Assembly (NCBI GenBank): GCA_963727485.1 | Contig: CAVSGM010000009.1 | Location: 128,001-192,000 of the forward strand | Source: an uncultured delta proteobacterium | Lineage (GTDB): Bacteria; Myxococcota; Myxococcia; SLRQ01 | DNA length: 64,000 nucleotides | Direction: 5' to 3' | In this document: positions 11,910 through 25,110 of the stretch, piece after piece | Numbering within the stretch: the first letter of the stretch is position 1 | How the letters are laid out: every line of letters begins with the position of its first letter | Made by a program: the position numbers and the translations under genes | The notes under the pieces: generated by a model | What the model saw: the letters and a program-made list of their open reading frames with translations, nothing else | Databases searched by the model: none | Told to the model about the DNA's origin: nothing

Positions 11910-12635
11910 ATGAGCGAGGTCGAACAACCGGAAACCGGGGCGCTGCGGCCAGGACGCCAGCCTCTCGGCTACCCCAGACGTCCCATCTGGTGTCGGGTGT
12001 TGAACCTGCTGGTGCGCTTCGCGCCGCTGAGGAACAGGTTCTCCCACACGTCTCTGCTGATGCGAAAGGATCTCGGCGAAGCCAGGCAGCCGAGCGCTCT
12101 GCCTGGTGATCTGGAGTTCCAAGAGGCGGGCGCAGAAGACCTCGACGCGATCCTGCATCACCCCGAAGCGGTGCCGGAGGAGGTCTACCGAAGCAGATTG
12201 GCCGCGGGCGACCGCTGCTACTGCCTGAAGCGGTCCGGAGCGATAGTCGGCTACAGCTGGGTGAGAGGAGGCAGCTGCTGTGTCTTCTGCGGGTTTGAGA
12301 AGGGCATCGACTTCCTGCCCCTCGAAGCGCATCGGCGGTTCAGCTACGACCTCTACGTCTACGAGGACCATCGCCGATCAGGGTTGGGCACGGTGATCTA
12401 CGGGCAGCTCCTGTGGGCGCTGCGAGGCCAGGGCGCACGGGAGGCATACAGCCTGGTCATGCCCGACAACCCGGCCTCGCTGAAGGTTCACTTCTCGCTC
12501 GGATATGAAGCCGATCACCTGGTCCATGGATACCGGTTGGGCCCCTGGGTCTGGACGCACCTGGATCGCGACGGCGACAGGGCAGACCTGGACGCCTGGG
12601 TGGCGCGAGCCAGGCGACACCTGGGCATCCCCTGA
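11910..12635 (+). CDS. GNAT-family N-acetyltransferase
   Basis: YDLYVYEDHRRSGLG (motif A) and DNPASLKVHFSLGY (motif B). The start could be further upstream. Confidence 0.75.
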   Translation: MSEVEQPETGALRPGRQPLGYPRRPIWCRVLNLLVRFAPLRNRFSHTSLLMRKDLGEARQPSALPGDLEFQEAGAEDLDAILHHPEAVPEEVYRSRLAAGDRCYCLKRSGAIVGYSWVRGGSCCVFCGFEKGIDFLPLEAHRRFSYDLYVYEDHRRSGLGTVIYGQLLWALRGQGAREAYSLVMPDNPASLKVHFSLGYEADHLVHGYRLGPWVWTHLDRDGDRADLDAWVARARRHLGIP

Positions 12636-12676
12636 CCTGAAGCTCGACGCGCCGCGGGCCCGGGCGCCGCCCGCTC

Positions 12677-13096
12677 CTACCGCCCCTCGAGCCCGGCCCG
12701 GGAGACGATGAGGTCCCGGAGCGCCTGGTGCCCCCGGATGAAGCTCGAGAACTGGAGCAGCCCCCGGCGGGTGATGACGTCGTAGGTCACCAGCCCGGAG
12801 AGCCCCGGGCGCACGTCGACCTTGAGGATGCTCTCATAGGGGTAGCTCTCGAAGGAGAGCAGGCCCCGGTAGGTCACCCCATAGCGGTCGGCGGTGATGG
12901 TCAGGCCGCTGTAGAAGGCCAGCACCGCCCCGAAGAGGATGATGAAGAAGAGCACCGAGATGTAGGTGTGGGTGGGAATGGGCTCCCGGAGCCAGAGCAT
13001 GATGAGCAGGATCAGCACCCAGGCGCCGATGGCCCCCCAGACCACGTACCGCAGCCACGGCTGGAGCCGGAACTCCTGCTTGTCCTCCGCCGACAC
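12677..13096 (-). CDS. Small membrane protein, two TM helices plus a PH-like soluble domain
   Basis: GTG start VSAEDKQEFRL; two hydrophobic helices, then a beta-rich domain. Confidence 0.75.
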   Translation of the reverse strand: MSAEDKQEFRLQPWLRYVVWGAIGAWVLILLIMLWLREPIPTHTYISVLFFIILFGAVLAFYSGLTITADRYGVTYRGLLSFESYPYESILKVDVRPGLSGLVTYDVITRRGLLQFSSFIRGHQALRDLIVSRAGLEGR

Positions 13097-13102
13097 CCGG
13101 GA

Positions 13103-13131
13103 ATTATAGGGGCCCCCCGGCGGGGCGGCAA
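13103..13131 (-). promoter_or_regulatory. sigma70-type promoter, leaderless geometry
   Basis: TTGCCG-N17-TATAAT, then 6 nt to the GTG at 13096. Confidence 0.7.
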
Positions 13132-13157
13132 AGGCGGCCATCGGCCACTTGGCCCAT

Positions 13158-13186
13158 TTGAGGCGACCCCCAGCCTTGGCTATCCT
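13158..13186 (+). promoter_or_regulatory. Putative sigma70-type promoter of the GT4-to-patatin operon
   Basis: TTGAGG-N17-TATCCT, followed by a CCCTGCCAA x2 direct repeat at 13199-13216. Confidence 0.45.
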
Positions 13187-13233
13187 CACACCAGCGATCC
13201 CTGCCAACCCTGCCAAGTGAGGACGTCACCCGG

Positions 13234-14907
13234 GTGTCCGAGGCCAGGCCAGCCAAGGTCCTGTTCGTGAGCTTCGACGTGGTCCCCGACTTCACGGGGA
13301 CCAGCGCGCGGACGACCGAAATCCTCCGGGGCCTCACGCCCCGCTACGAGGTCCACGCCCTCACGGCGAAGACCCCGGAGCACGGGCACATCGAGCGCTA
13401 CGAGGGCGCCCGGCTGCTCCGGGTCCCGGTCGGCAGCGGCGACGTGCGCAGCCAGGGCGAGGCCTTCGAGCGCGCGGTCCGCCGCCAGCTCCAGAGCGAG
13501 GAGTACGACCTCGTCCACTTCACCAATCCCTTCGGGGGCTACGTGCTGGCCTCCCAGAAGGCCCAGCTCGGCTACCGGGTGGTCTACGAGGCGCGCAGCT
13601 TCCCCTCCATCGACCTCAAGTACACCGACCCCGACATCGAGACCGACCGGCGCTTCCTCACCAAGGTGAGGCGCCAGGAGCTCTACTGCCTCACCAACGC
13701 CGACGTGGTGATCGTCCCCAGCGGCCCGGCGCGGACCCACGTCGAGAGCCTGGGGGTCCCCGAGGAGCAGGTGCGGGTGGTCCCGCCCCCCGTCGACCTC
13801 GACGCCCTGGCCACCCCCGAGCGGCCCATCGGGGAGCCCTGCCGCTTCCTCTACCTGGGCAGCCACGTATCCTGGCAGGGGGTCCCCAGCCTCCTCTTCG
13901 CCCTGCGCCAGGCGGTCCAGGAGGTCGACCTCACCTGCCGCATCGTCGGCCCCACCCAGGGCGCCTGGCAGCGCCAGCTCCAGGAGATGGTCCGGGAGTT
14001 CTCCCTGCGCGAGAAGGTCCGCCTGGAGATGGCCGTGCCCCACGAGGACGTGCCCATCCTCCTCGCCGAGGCCGACGTGGGCGTCGCGCCCCTGCAGCCC
14101 GGGGAGCGCAACCAGGTCCAGGGGCCGGCGCCGATGAAGATCGCCGAGTACCTCGGGGCCGGCCGGCCGGTCATCGCCGCCGACCTCCCGGTGACCCGGA
14201 CCATGGTCGAGGACGGGGTCACCGGCCTCCTCTACCCCCCGAGCGACGAGGACGCCCTCGCCGAGCGGCTGGTGCGCCTCGCCCGGGACGTCGACGGCCG
14301 GGCCCGGATGGGCGCCGCCGCCCGGGAGTCCGCCAAGCAGCGCTTCGACGCCGAGGGGGCGCGGCGGACCGTCCAGCGCCTCTACGACGAGCTCCTCGAG
14401 GGGCGCAGCCGCGTGCCCGCCTCCCAGGACGGGGCCCCCGAGGTCGCCGCCGACGAGCCGACCCTCACCGGGGCCAGCTTCGGGCCCGGGCACGAGGAGG
14501 TCACCCAGCTCGCCACCAGCCGACCCGCGGGCGTCGACGGCCAGGGCGTACCGCCGGGGACCTCCCCGTGGGCCGACGAGCCGGCCGCCGAGGGGGAGCC
14601 CTTCGACGCCGAGGGGCCGACCCGGGCGGTGGACGCGTCGACCCTGCCGGGGTTCGCGGGTGAGGCGGGAAGTGAGACGGGGCCCGAGGCGACCGGGGAG
14701 CCGGACACGCACCCGCGGGTGGTGGTGGACCCTTCGATGGCGGCGCCGGAGGCGGTTGCCGAGGCCGACCCGGAGGCGCCCGGCGACGTAGAGCCGGAGG
14801 CCGGTCCTGAGCCCGAAGCGCCGGCGGAGCGCGTCGCCGCCGCGCCGGCCGGTACGTCGACCGGCGCCAGCCGCCGCGAGGACACCAGCCCGGGGTTCAA
14901 GGGCTGA
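13234..14907 (+). CDS. Glycosyltransferase family 4 with acidic disordered C-terminal tail
   Basis: PMKIAEYLGAGRPVIAAD...GVTGLL GT4 motif; about 150 aa of E/A/P-rich tail. Confidence 0.88.
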   Translation: MSEARPAKVLFVSFDVVPDFTGTSARTTEILRGLTPRYEVHALTAKTPEHGHIERYEGARLLRVPVGSGDVRSQGEAFERAVRRQLQSEEYDLVHFTNPFGGYVLASQKAQLGYRVVYEARSFPSIDLKYTDPDIETDRRFLTKVRRQELYCLTNADVVIVPSGPARTHVESLGVPEEQVRVVPPPVDLDALATPERPIGEPCRFLYLGSHVSWQGVPSLLFALRQAVQEVDLTCRIVGPTQGAWQRQLQEMVREFSLREKVRLEMAVPHEDVPILLAEADVGVAPLQPGERNQVQGPAPMKIAEYLGAGRPVIAADLPVTRTMVEDGVTGLLYPPSDEDALAERLVRLARDVDGRARMGAAARESAKQRFDAEGARRTVQRLYDELLEGRSRVPASQDGAPEVAADEPTLTGASFGPGHEEVTQLATSRPAGVDGQGVPPGTSPWADEPAAEGEPFDAEGPTRAVDASTLPGFAGEAGSETGPEATGEPDTHPRVVVDPSMAAPEAVAEADPEAPGDVEPEAGPEPEAPAERVAAAPAGTSTGASRREDTSPGFKG

Positions 14908-14919
14908 ACCTGGCCCCCG

Positions 14920-16356
14920 ATGGCCCGCCTCCTCCCCATCGCCATCGCCGGGCTCCTCGCCGCCGGCCTCCCGGGTGGCGCCAGCGCCCAGACGCGCCCC
15001 CCGGCCGCCCCCAAGCCCCCGCCCCGCGCGGCCCTGCGGCCCCCGGCGCCGGCGACCTCGGTCTTCGGCCCCCACCGCTACGTCCTGGAGCGGGTGGCCA
15101 TCCGAGGGAACCGACGCACCCGCGCCGACCTCATCCGCCACGCCCTCACCGTGACCCCGGGGCAGTTCCTCGACGAGGCCCAGGTCGCCCGCTCGCGCCT
15201 GCGCATCCTCGCCCTCGGCCTCTTCCGCCGGGTGGAGATGCGCCTGACCCGGGGGAGCCAGCGCGGCTGGGTGGTGCTGGTGGTCACGGTCACCGAGCGC
15301 CCGAGCCTCGCCATCTCCGACCTCTTCCTCGGGACCACCGACGTGAGCCCCTTCTACGGGGGCTTCGGCATCGCCGACGACAACCTCCTGGGCAGCGGCC
15401 TCCTCGGCTCGGCGGCCTTCGTGGTGGGCACCGACGGCAGGTGGGCCCTCAGGGCGAGCCTCCACGACCCGGGGCTCCTCGGCAGCGACGTCATCGCCGG
15501 GCTCACCGCCACCTGGGTGAGGGGCGTCGAGGTCAACTGCCCGCTGGGCCTCGGCCGGTGCGACACCGCGGGCCTCGACCGCCTGCGCTACCGCCGGGGC
15601 GGGGGCATCCTCTCGGTGGGCCTGCGCACCGGCCGGGAGTCCCGGGTCTACATCCACTACCGGGCCGAGGGCCTCACCTCGAGAATCCATCCGGGGGCCG
15701 TGCGTCTGACCACCCCCGGCCTGCCCCTGGACCTCCCGCCCATCGCCGCCGGCCGCTCCTTCCTCTCCACCGTCGCCGTGGCCTTCGAGACCGACACCCG
15801 GGACGACCCCTTCATCGCCACCAGGGGCACCCGGTTCCTGGTGAGCGCCGAGGTGTCGAGCAAGCTCCTGTTCTCCGACTACGACTACTCGCGCTACCGG
15901 GTGTCGGTGGCCCACTACTTCCGGGGGTTCGCGGACCACAGCATCCGCCTCCACCTCTTCGTCGGCCTGGTCCAGGGCGCCGCGCCCTTCTTCGACCGCT
16001 TCCAGGTCGCCGACCACAGCTTCTTCACCGTCGGCGCCAACACCGTGCCCCGGGCCCTGGAGCTGTCGTTCACCGAGATCTCCAAGTACGACGACGTCCT
16101 GGTCTCCGGCGACGCCACCTACCAGGTGCCGGTGTTCACCGAGGGCGGCCACTTCCTCTACCGGGGCTACCTCTACGCCGCCGTCGCCCTCACCCTCTCC
16201 GCCCACACCGTCGACCGCTCGCTCCTCGACCTCTCCTTCGACCCCCGCAACGAGGTGAGCCGCTTCCCGGTCTCCGGCGACCTGGGCATCCGCCTGGACA
16301 CCGCCGTCGGCGTGTTCTCCATCGGGCTCTCCTACCCCCTCGATCTCCTCTTCTAG
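14920..16356 (+). CDS. Omp85 (BamA/TamA) family outer membrane protein with a single POTRA domain
   Basis: Signal peptide; IRGNRRT...LGLFRRV POTRA; NLLGSG; DTRDDPF..TRG; C-terminal Phe. Confidence 0.85.
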   Translation: MARLLPIAIAGLLAAGLPGGASAQTRPPAAPKPPPRAALRPPAPATSVFGPHRYVLERVAIRGNRRTRADLIRHALTVTPGQFLDEAQVARSRLRILALGLFRRVEMRLTRGSQRGWVVLVVTVTERPSLAISDLFLGTTDVSPFYGGFGIADDNLLGSGLLGSAAFVVGTDGRWALRASLHDPGLLGSDVIAGLTATWVRGVEVNCPLGLGRCDTAGLDRLRYRRGGGILSVGLRTGRESRVYIHYRAEGLTSRIHPGAVRLTTPGLPLDLPPIAAGRSFLSTVAVAFETDTRDDPFIATRGTRFLVSAEVSSKLLFSDYDYSRYRVSVAHYFRGFADHSIRLHLFVGLVQGAAPFFDRFQVADHSFFTVGANTVPRALELSFTEISKYDDVLVSGDATYQVPVFTEGGHFLYRGYLYAAVALTLSAHTVDRSLLDLSFDPRNEVSRFPVSGDLGIRLDTAVGVFSIGLSYPLDLLF

Positions 16357-16364
16357 GGGAGGCC

Positions 16365-17077
16365 ATGCGTCACCTCGTCGTCATCGCCGCGCTCCTCGCC
16401 GCCGCCCTGGTGGCCGGCCCGGCGCGCGCCGGCGACGGGAAGAAGCCCCTCCCGGTGAAGCTCTCGGTCCACGAGGACGAGCTCTTCGCCACCGTCGACG
16501 TCTCCAGCGTCTTCACCCGGGCGGTGCAGGAGAAGCTCACCAGCGGGCTCACCAACCGCATCCGCATCACCGTGGAGCTCCGGCCCCTGGACCGGGACCT
16601 CGACGAGCTCAAGGCGCCGATCTCGGTGACCGTGCGCGAGTGCCGGATCGCCTACGACCTCTGGGGCGAGCGCTTCGGCGTCATCATCGACGACGGGGGC
16701 AAGCGGCGCCGGGAGGTGCTCCCCGACTATGGCGCCGTGGTCGCCGCCTGCGCCCGGATGACCGCCGTGGACCTGGCCCCGGTGGGCGCCGTGGACCTCC
16801 GCCGCCAGTACCGCCTGGAGGTGAAGGTCGAGGTGAACCCCGTCGACCCCAAGGACGCCGACGCCGGGCGCGCCTACCTCGGCGACCCCCTCGGCCACCG
16901 CCGCGCCGGCGACGACAACGGCGGCACCCTCTTCGGCGCCGTGGCCAACTTCTTCACCCGGGATCCCCCCGACGCCGGCAGCGGCGTCACCCGCTTCGAG
17001 AGCCCGGCCTTCGGCGAGTCGGCCATCCGCTCGGCGCTGGCCGGGGGGAGCCACCCGCACCCCCTGGGGGCCCAGAG

Positions 17078-17081
<4 letters not shown>
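16365..17081 (+). CDS. Exported protein, DUF4390-like
   Basis: Signal peptide; IAYDLWGERF motif; sits immediately upstream of an NtrY-like kinase. Confidence 0.6.
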
Positions 17082-18595
<1,514 letters not shown>

Positions 18596-18605
18596 GCTCG
18601 GGGCG

Positions 18606-19957
<1,352 letters not shown>

Positions 19958-19961
<4 letters not shown>

Positions 19962-22900
19962 CCTTGCCCACCGTGGCGTTCTTCGCCCCGGACGACGCGG
20001 CCCGCGTCCTCGACGCCGCCGCCGACCTCTTCCCCGAGGGCGCGCCCCGGGACGCCCTCCTCGCCGCCCTGGCCACCGTCGCCGACCCGGACCGGGGCCT
20101 GGCGGTGGCCACCGACCTCGCCCGGGCCCGGGCCCGGCGCAGCGCCGGCGACGCCCCCTGGCGGAGCCCGGCGTGGCTCGAGGTCGCCTGCACCCTCGGC
20201 GGCGGGAGCCGGGCGCTGGCCGGGCGTCTGCGCCGGCGGCCGCGCGCGGTGGACCGCCTCGCCGCCTCGAGGTGGCTCGACCGCCCGAAGTCCGAGCGGC
20301 GGATGCGCCGGGAGCTCGACCGGCGCCTGGCGGCCGTCGATCCCCTCACCGACGACGCGGTGGACCGGCTGATGCGGATCCTGCGCCGGTACCGCGCCCG
20401 GGAGATGGCGCGCATCGTCCTCCGGGACCTCACCGGCCGGGGGCGGCTGGTGGAGATCATGGGCGAGCTCTCGGCGCTGGCCGGCGCCGCCGTCCACGGG
20501 GCGCTCACCGTCCTCTCGCCGCGGATCGACGCCGAGCTCGGCGCCGCCCCGGACGGCGAGCACACCCACCGCGGCGCGGTGAGCCCGGGGTTCTGCGTCC
20601 TGGCCATGGGGAAGCTCGGGGGCCTCGAGCTCAACCTCTCCAGCGACATCGACGTCCTCTACGTCTACGACGCCGACGGCGAGACCGCCCGGGGCCGCAC
20701 CGCCTTCGAGCGCCACGCCCGCCTCGCCGAGGCCGTGGGCCGGGTCCTCTCCGAGCCCACCTCCGACGGCTTCGTGTTCCGGGTGGACACCGCGCTTCGC
20801 CCCGAGGGCCGCAGCGGCCCCCTGGTCAACGGTGTGCGCGCCTTCGAGGCCTACTACGAGACCTTCGGCCGCACCTGGGAGCGCCAGGCGCTGCTCAAGG
20901 CCCGGCCCCTCGCCGGGGACCTCGCCGTGGGCGAGGCGGCGCTGGCCGCGGTGCGCCCCTTCGTCTACCGGCGCAGCCTCGACCTCGACGCGGTGAGGCG
21001 CATCGTCGGCCTCAAGGACGAGCTCGACGCCCGCACCCGGGCCCGGGGCGACACCGAGACCAATCTCAAGCTCGGCCGGGGGGGCATCCGGACCATCGAG
21101 TTCCTGGTGCAGTCGCTCCAGCTCCTCCACGCGGGCAAGGACCCGAGCCTCCGGGACAGGAGCACCCTCGGGGCCCTCGAGCGCCTCCTCTTCGCCGGCC
21201 TCCTCGACGAGGCCGACGTCCGCGACCTCGCCGACGCCTACGCCTTCCTCCGCCGCGCCGAGCACCGGGTGCAGATGGTCGACGACCGCCAGACCCACCG
21301 CCTGCCGACCCCCGGACGCGAGCGGGCGGCCCTGGCCCGGGCGCTCGGCCTCTTCGCCGACGACCCCGAGGCGCGCCTCGGCGAGATCCTCGAGGTCCAC
21401 CGCCAGCGGGTGGAGGCGGTGATCGATCGGCGCTTCGGGCCCCCGGCCGCCGCCGCCGAGGTCCCGGGCGCGGTGCGGGTGCTCGCCGACCGGGAGGCCT
21501 CCGAGGCCGAGAAGACCGCGGCCCTCGAGGGCACGGCGGTCCGCGACGTCCCCGCGGCCCTCGCCGCCCTGCGGCGCATGGCCCGGCGCCCCCGGGGCGT
21601 CCTCGGCGCCGCCGCCACCGCCGCCGACCGGGGCCTCGCCCAGGCGCTCGTCCAGGAGGTCCTCCGGAGCCCCGACCCCGACCAGGCCCTGGCCCACCTC
21701 GCCTCGTTCTTCGACGCCATCCCCCCGGCCGCCCTGGCGAGCTACCAGGGGCTCCTCCGGGACAACCCGGCGGCCCGGGCGCTCCTGATCTCCCTCTTCG
21801 GCACCTCCGACTTCCTCTCCCGCTACTTCCTCCGCCACCCCGAGCTCCTCGACGTCCTCATCCTCCGGGGCCACGCGGTGCGGGAGAAGCGCCGCGCCCG
21901 CTTCGAGGCCGAGGCCGCCGCCCGCCTCGAGCGCCTCCCCGAGGACGACCTCGAGCGCCGCCTCTCGGAGCTGCGCCGCTACCGCCAGGAGGAGGTCCTG
22001 CGCCTCGGTCTCACCGACGTCGCCGGGGACCTCGACGTGTCCGAGGTCTGCGACCAGCTCTCGGACCTGGCGCAGGCCCTCCTCGAGCGCTGCGTGGTCC
22101 TCGCCGCGGAGTGGGCCCGGAGGCGCTGGGGGTGGCCTCTGGACGACGCCGGCGCCGAGGTGCCGATCGCGGTGCTGGGCCTGGGCAAGCTGGGGAGCCG
22201 GGAGATGGGCTACGGCTCGGACCTCGACCTGCTCTTCCTCTACGGCGGCCCCGGGGAGAGCACCGGCGGCACCCGGGGGGTCATCGGGGCCCAGGAGTTC
22301 TTCTCGCGCCTGGCCCAGCGGCTCATCTCCTACCTCACCATGCCCCTGAACGAGGGCGCGCTCTACCAGATCGACACCCGCCTGCGCCCCAGCGGCCGCC
22401 AGGGGATGCTGGTGACCCGCCTCGACGCCTTCCGCGACTACCACGCGACCCGGGGCCAGGTGTGGGAGCGCCAGGCGCTGACCCGGGCCCGGGCGGTGGC
22501 GGGGCCCCCGGCGTTCCGGGCCCGGGTCGACGCCGCCGCCGAGGCCGCCGCCTACGTGCCCGCCGGGGACACGGACCTCGCCGCCGCGGTCTCGGCGATG
22601 CGCCGGCGCCTCGAGGCCGAGGTCTCGGGCGAGCACGCCGGCGCCTACGCCCCCAAGACCGGGCGCGGGGGCCTGGTCGACATCGAGTTTTTGGTGCAGT
22701 ACCTGCTCCTGGTCCACGGGCCCGGGGACCCGGCGATCCGCCGGCGGGGCACCCGCGAGGCCCTCGAGGCCCTCCAGGCCGGCGGGTACCTCGCCCCCGG
22801 CGACGCCCGGCGCCTCCTCGAGGCCTGGCGCTTCCTCCGGCGCCTGGAGAACCGCCTGCGCATCGTCCACGACCGGCCCATCGGGCACCTGCCCCGGGGG

Positions 22901-23056
22901 CGCCGGGACCTGGATGCCCTGGCCCGGCGGATGGGGTATCACGGGGGATCGGTGGGCGCCCCGGGGCCCGGGGAGGACCTCCTTACCGTCTACCGTCGAC
23001 TCACCGGCGAAGTGCGGGCCATCTACCGAAGCGTGCTAGGAGTAGACGCACCATGA
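19958..23056 (+). CDS. glnE: Bifunctional glutamine synthetase adenylyltransferase/adenylyl-removing enzyme
   Basis: Two nucleotidyltransferase domains: MGKLGGLELNLSSDID and LGKLGSREMGYGSDLD; RLRPSG; GGLVDIEF. Confidence 0.96.
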
Positions 23057-25110
23057 GCAAGAGCATCCTCATCGTGGAGGACGACCGGGCGCTCGCCCGC
23101 ATGTGGACCGAGCTGCTCACCGCCGAGGGCTTCGACGTGGTCGCCGAGAAGGACGGCGAGTGGGCCCTCAAGGCCTTCGACAAGCGCTCCTTCGACGCGG
23201 TGATCCTCGACGTCCTGGTGCCGGTGAAGAACGGGTTCCAGCTCGCCGAGCGCATCCGCAAGATGCACGGCGGCGGCGACGTGGGCATCCTCCTGGTCTC
23301 GGGGATCTACCGGTCGGCGCACCACCGGGCCGAGGCCATCGCCAAGTACAAGGTCCTCGACTACCTCGACAAGCCGGTGAAGAACGAGACGCTGCTGGCG
23401 CGTCTGCGCCGGTTCTTCGGCGACGCCTACCCCAACCGGGCCGCCGCCGACCAGGAGCGGGCACGGGTCGACCGGGCGCCGGCGGACCAGTTCGCCACCC
23501 AGGAGAGCCGCCGCGAGGTCGAGGAGGTCGAGGAGGCCAGCCGCTCGGGCATCTTCCGGGGCCTCGGCGTCGGCCGCGGGGAGCTGCGCACCAAGCCCTT
23601 CCCCGAGCTCCTCGCCGAGCTCTACCGGTGGAAGGCCACCGGCGCCCTGCTCCTCAAGCGCGGGCGGGTGAAGAAGATCGTCTACTTCAAGGACGGCTAC
23701 CCGATCTTCGTGAAGTCGAACCTCCTCGGGGAGTGCCTGGGCAAGCTGATGGTCCGGGAGCGGATGCTCACCGAGTCCCAGGCCGAGGAGAGCCTCCAGC
23801 TGATGCGCTCCTCGGGGCGGATGCAGGGCACGGTGCTCATCGAGATGGGCCTCATCTCGCCCCACAACCTGGTCTTCGCCCTCGAGCTCCAGCTGCGCAC
23901 CAAGCTCTTGGAGATCTTCAAGTGGGAGGAGGGGCGCTACCAGTTCACCAGCCGCACCGACCTCCCGGCCAACACCGTGAGCCTCGACAGCACCCCGGCG
24001 ACCCTCATCCACGAGGGCATCCGGGAGTTCTGGTCGCTGTCGCGGGTGCGCGCGGCGATGGGCGACGCCGAGGACACCTACGTGGTCGCCGCCGACGACC
24101 CGCTCTACCGCTTCCAGGAGCTCGACCTGGCGCCGAGCGCCGAGAAGCTGGTGTCGCGGATCAACGGCCGGCGGACCCTGGGCGAGCTGGTCGACGGCGG
24201 TCCCCTCGATCGCGAGGAGGCCTACAAGCTGCTCTTCGCCCTGCGCTGCGCCCAGGTGGTGCGCCTCGACTCCAAGCGGGTCCGCCGGGCCGACACGGTG
24301 GCCCCGGCGCCGCCGAAGCTCCCCAAGCGTCCGCCGCCGATCCCGCCCAAGCCCAAGGGCGGCGCCCTGCTCCCCGAGGTCGCGGCGCTCGCCGGCGGCG
24401 GGGCCTCGGGCGAGGACGAGCGCGAGGTCAAGGCCACGCTCACCAAGCGCCTCAAGGAGATGCGCAAGCAGAACTTCTTCGAGATCCTCGGGGTGGCGCG
24501 GACCGCGTCCTCCTCGGAGATCCGCAAGGCCTACTTCGCCCTCGCCCGGGAGTACCACCCGGACAAGATCGCCCGCTCCATGGGCGACGAGGTGCGCCAC
24601 CTCGCCGGCGAGGTCTACGAGCTGGTGACCCGGGCCCACGACGTCCTCGCCGACGACGGCGAGCGCGAGGCCTACCTCAAGCAGATCGCGTCGGGGACCA
24701 AGAAGAAGGAGGGCCCCGACGAGGTCTCCAAGATCCTCGCCGCCGAGGGGAAGTTCCAGCGCGGGGAAGGCTACCTGCGCAAGGAGCGTTTCCACGATGC
24801 CTTCAAGGCCTTCCGCGAGGCGGTGGATCTCTACCCCGAAGAGGGTGAGTTCCACGCCTACCTGGGCTGGAGCCTGTTCCAGACCGCGCCGGACGACAGC
24901 ACGGTGACCGAGGAGGCGATGGACCACATCATGCGGGCGATCCAGCTCAACCCCAAGGTCGACAAGGCCTACCTCTTCCTCGGCTACATCTACAAGGCGT
25001 CGGGGCGGGCGGACAAGGCGGAGAAGCAGTTCGAGAAGGCCATCCAGGCGAACCCCGACTGCACCGAGGCCCTCCGGGAGCTGCGCCTCTACTCGGGTCG
25101 TCGCGCTTGA
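23053..25110 (+). CDS. Receiver + DUF4388-like + DnaJ J-domain + TPR protein
   Basis: ILIVEDD...ILDV...LDKP receiver; ATGALL...KIVYFKDG; NFFEILGV...YHPD; C-terminal TPRs. Confidence 0.88.
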   Translation: MSKSILIVEDDRALARMWTELLTAEGFDVVAEKDGEWALKAFDKRSFDAVILDVLVPVKNGFQLAERIRKMHGGGDVGILLVSGIYRSAHHRAEAIAKYKVLDYLDKPVKNETLLARLRRFFGDAYPNRAAADQERARVDRAPADQFATQESRREVEEVEEASRSGIFRGLGVGRGELRTKPFPELLAELYRWKATGALLLKRGRVKKIVYFKDGYPIFVKSNLLGECLGKLMVRERMLTESQAEESLQLMRSSGRMQGTVLIEMGLISPHNLVFALELQLRTKLLEIFKWEEGRYQFTSRTDLPANTVSLDSTPATLIHEGIREFWSLSRVRAAMGDAEDTYVVAADDPLYRFQELDLAPSAEKLVSRINGRRTLGELVDGGPLDREEAYKLLFALRCAQVVRLDSKRVRRADTVAPAPPKLPKRPPPIPPKPKGGALLPEVAALAGGGASGEDEREVKATLTKRLKEMRKQNFFEILGVARTASSSEIRKAYFALAREYHPDKIARSMGDEVRHLAGEVYELVTRAHDVLADDGEREAYLKQIASGTKKKEGPDEVSKILAAEGKFQRGEGYLRKERFHDAFKAFREAVDLYPEEGEFHAYLGWSLFQTAPDDSTVTEEAMDHIMRAIQLNPKVDKAYLFLGYIYKASGRADKAEKQFEKAIQANPDCTEALRELRLYSGRRA

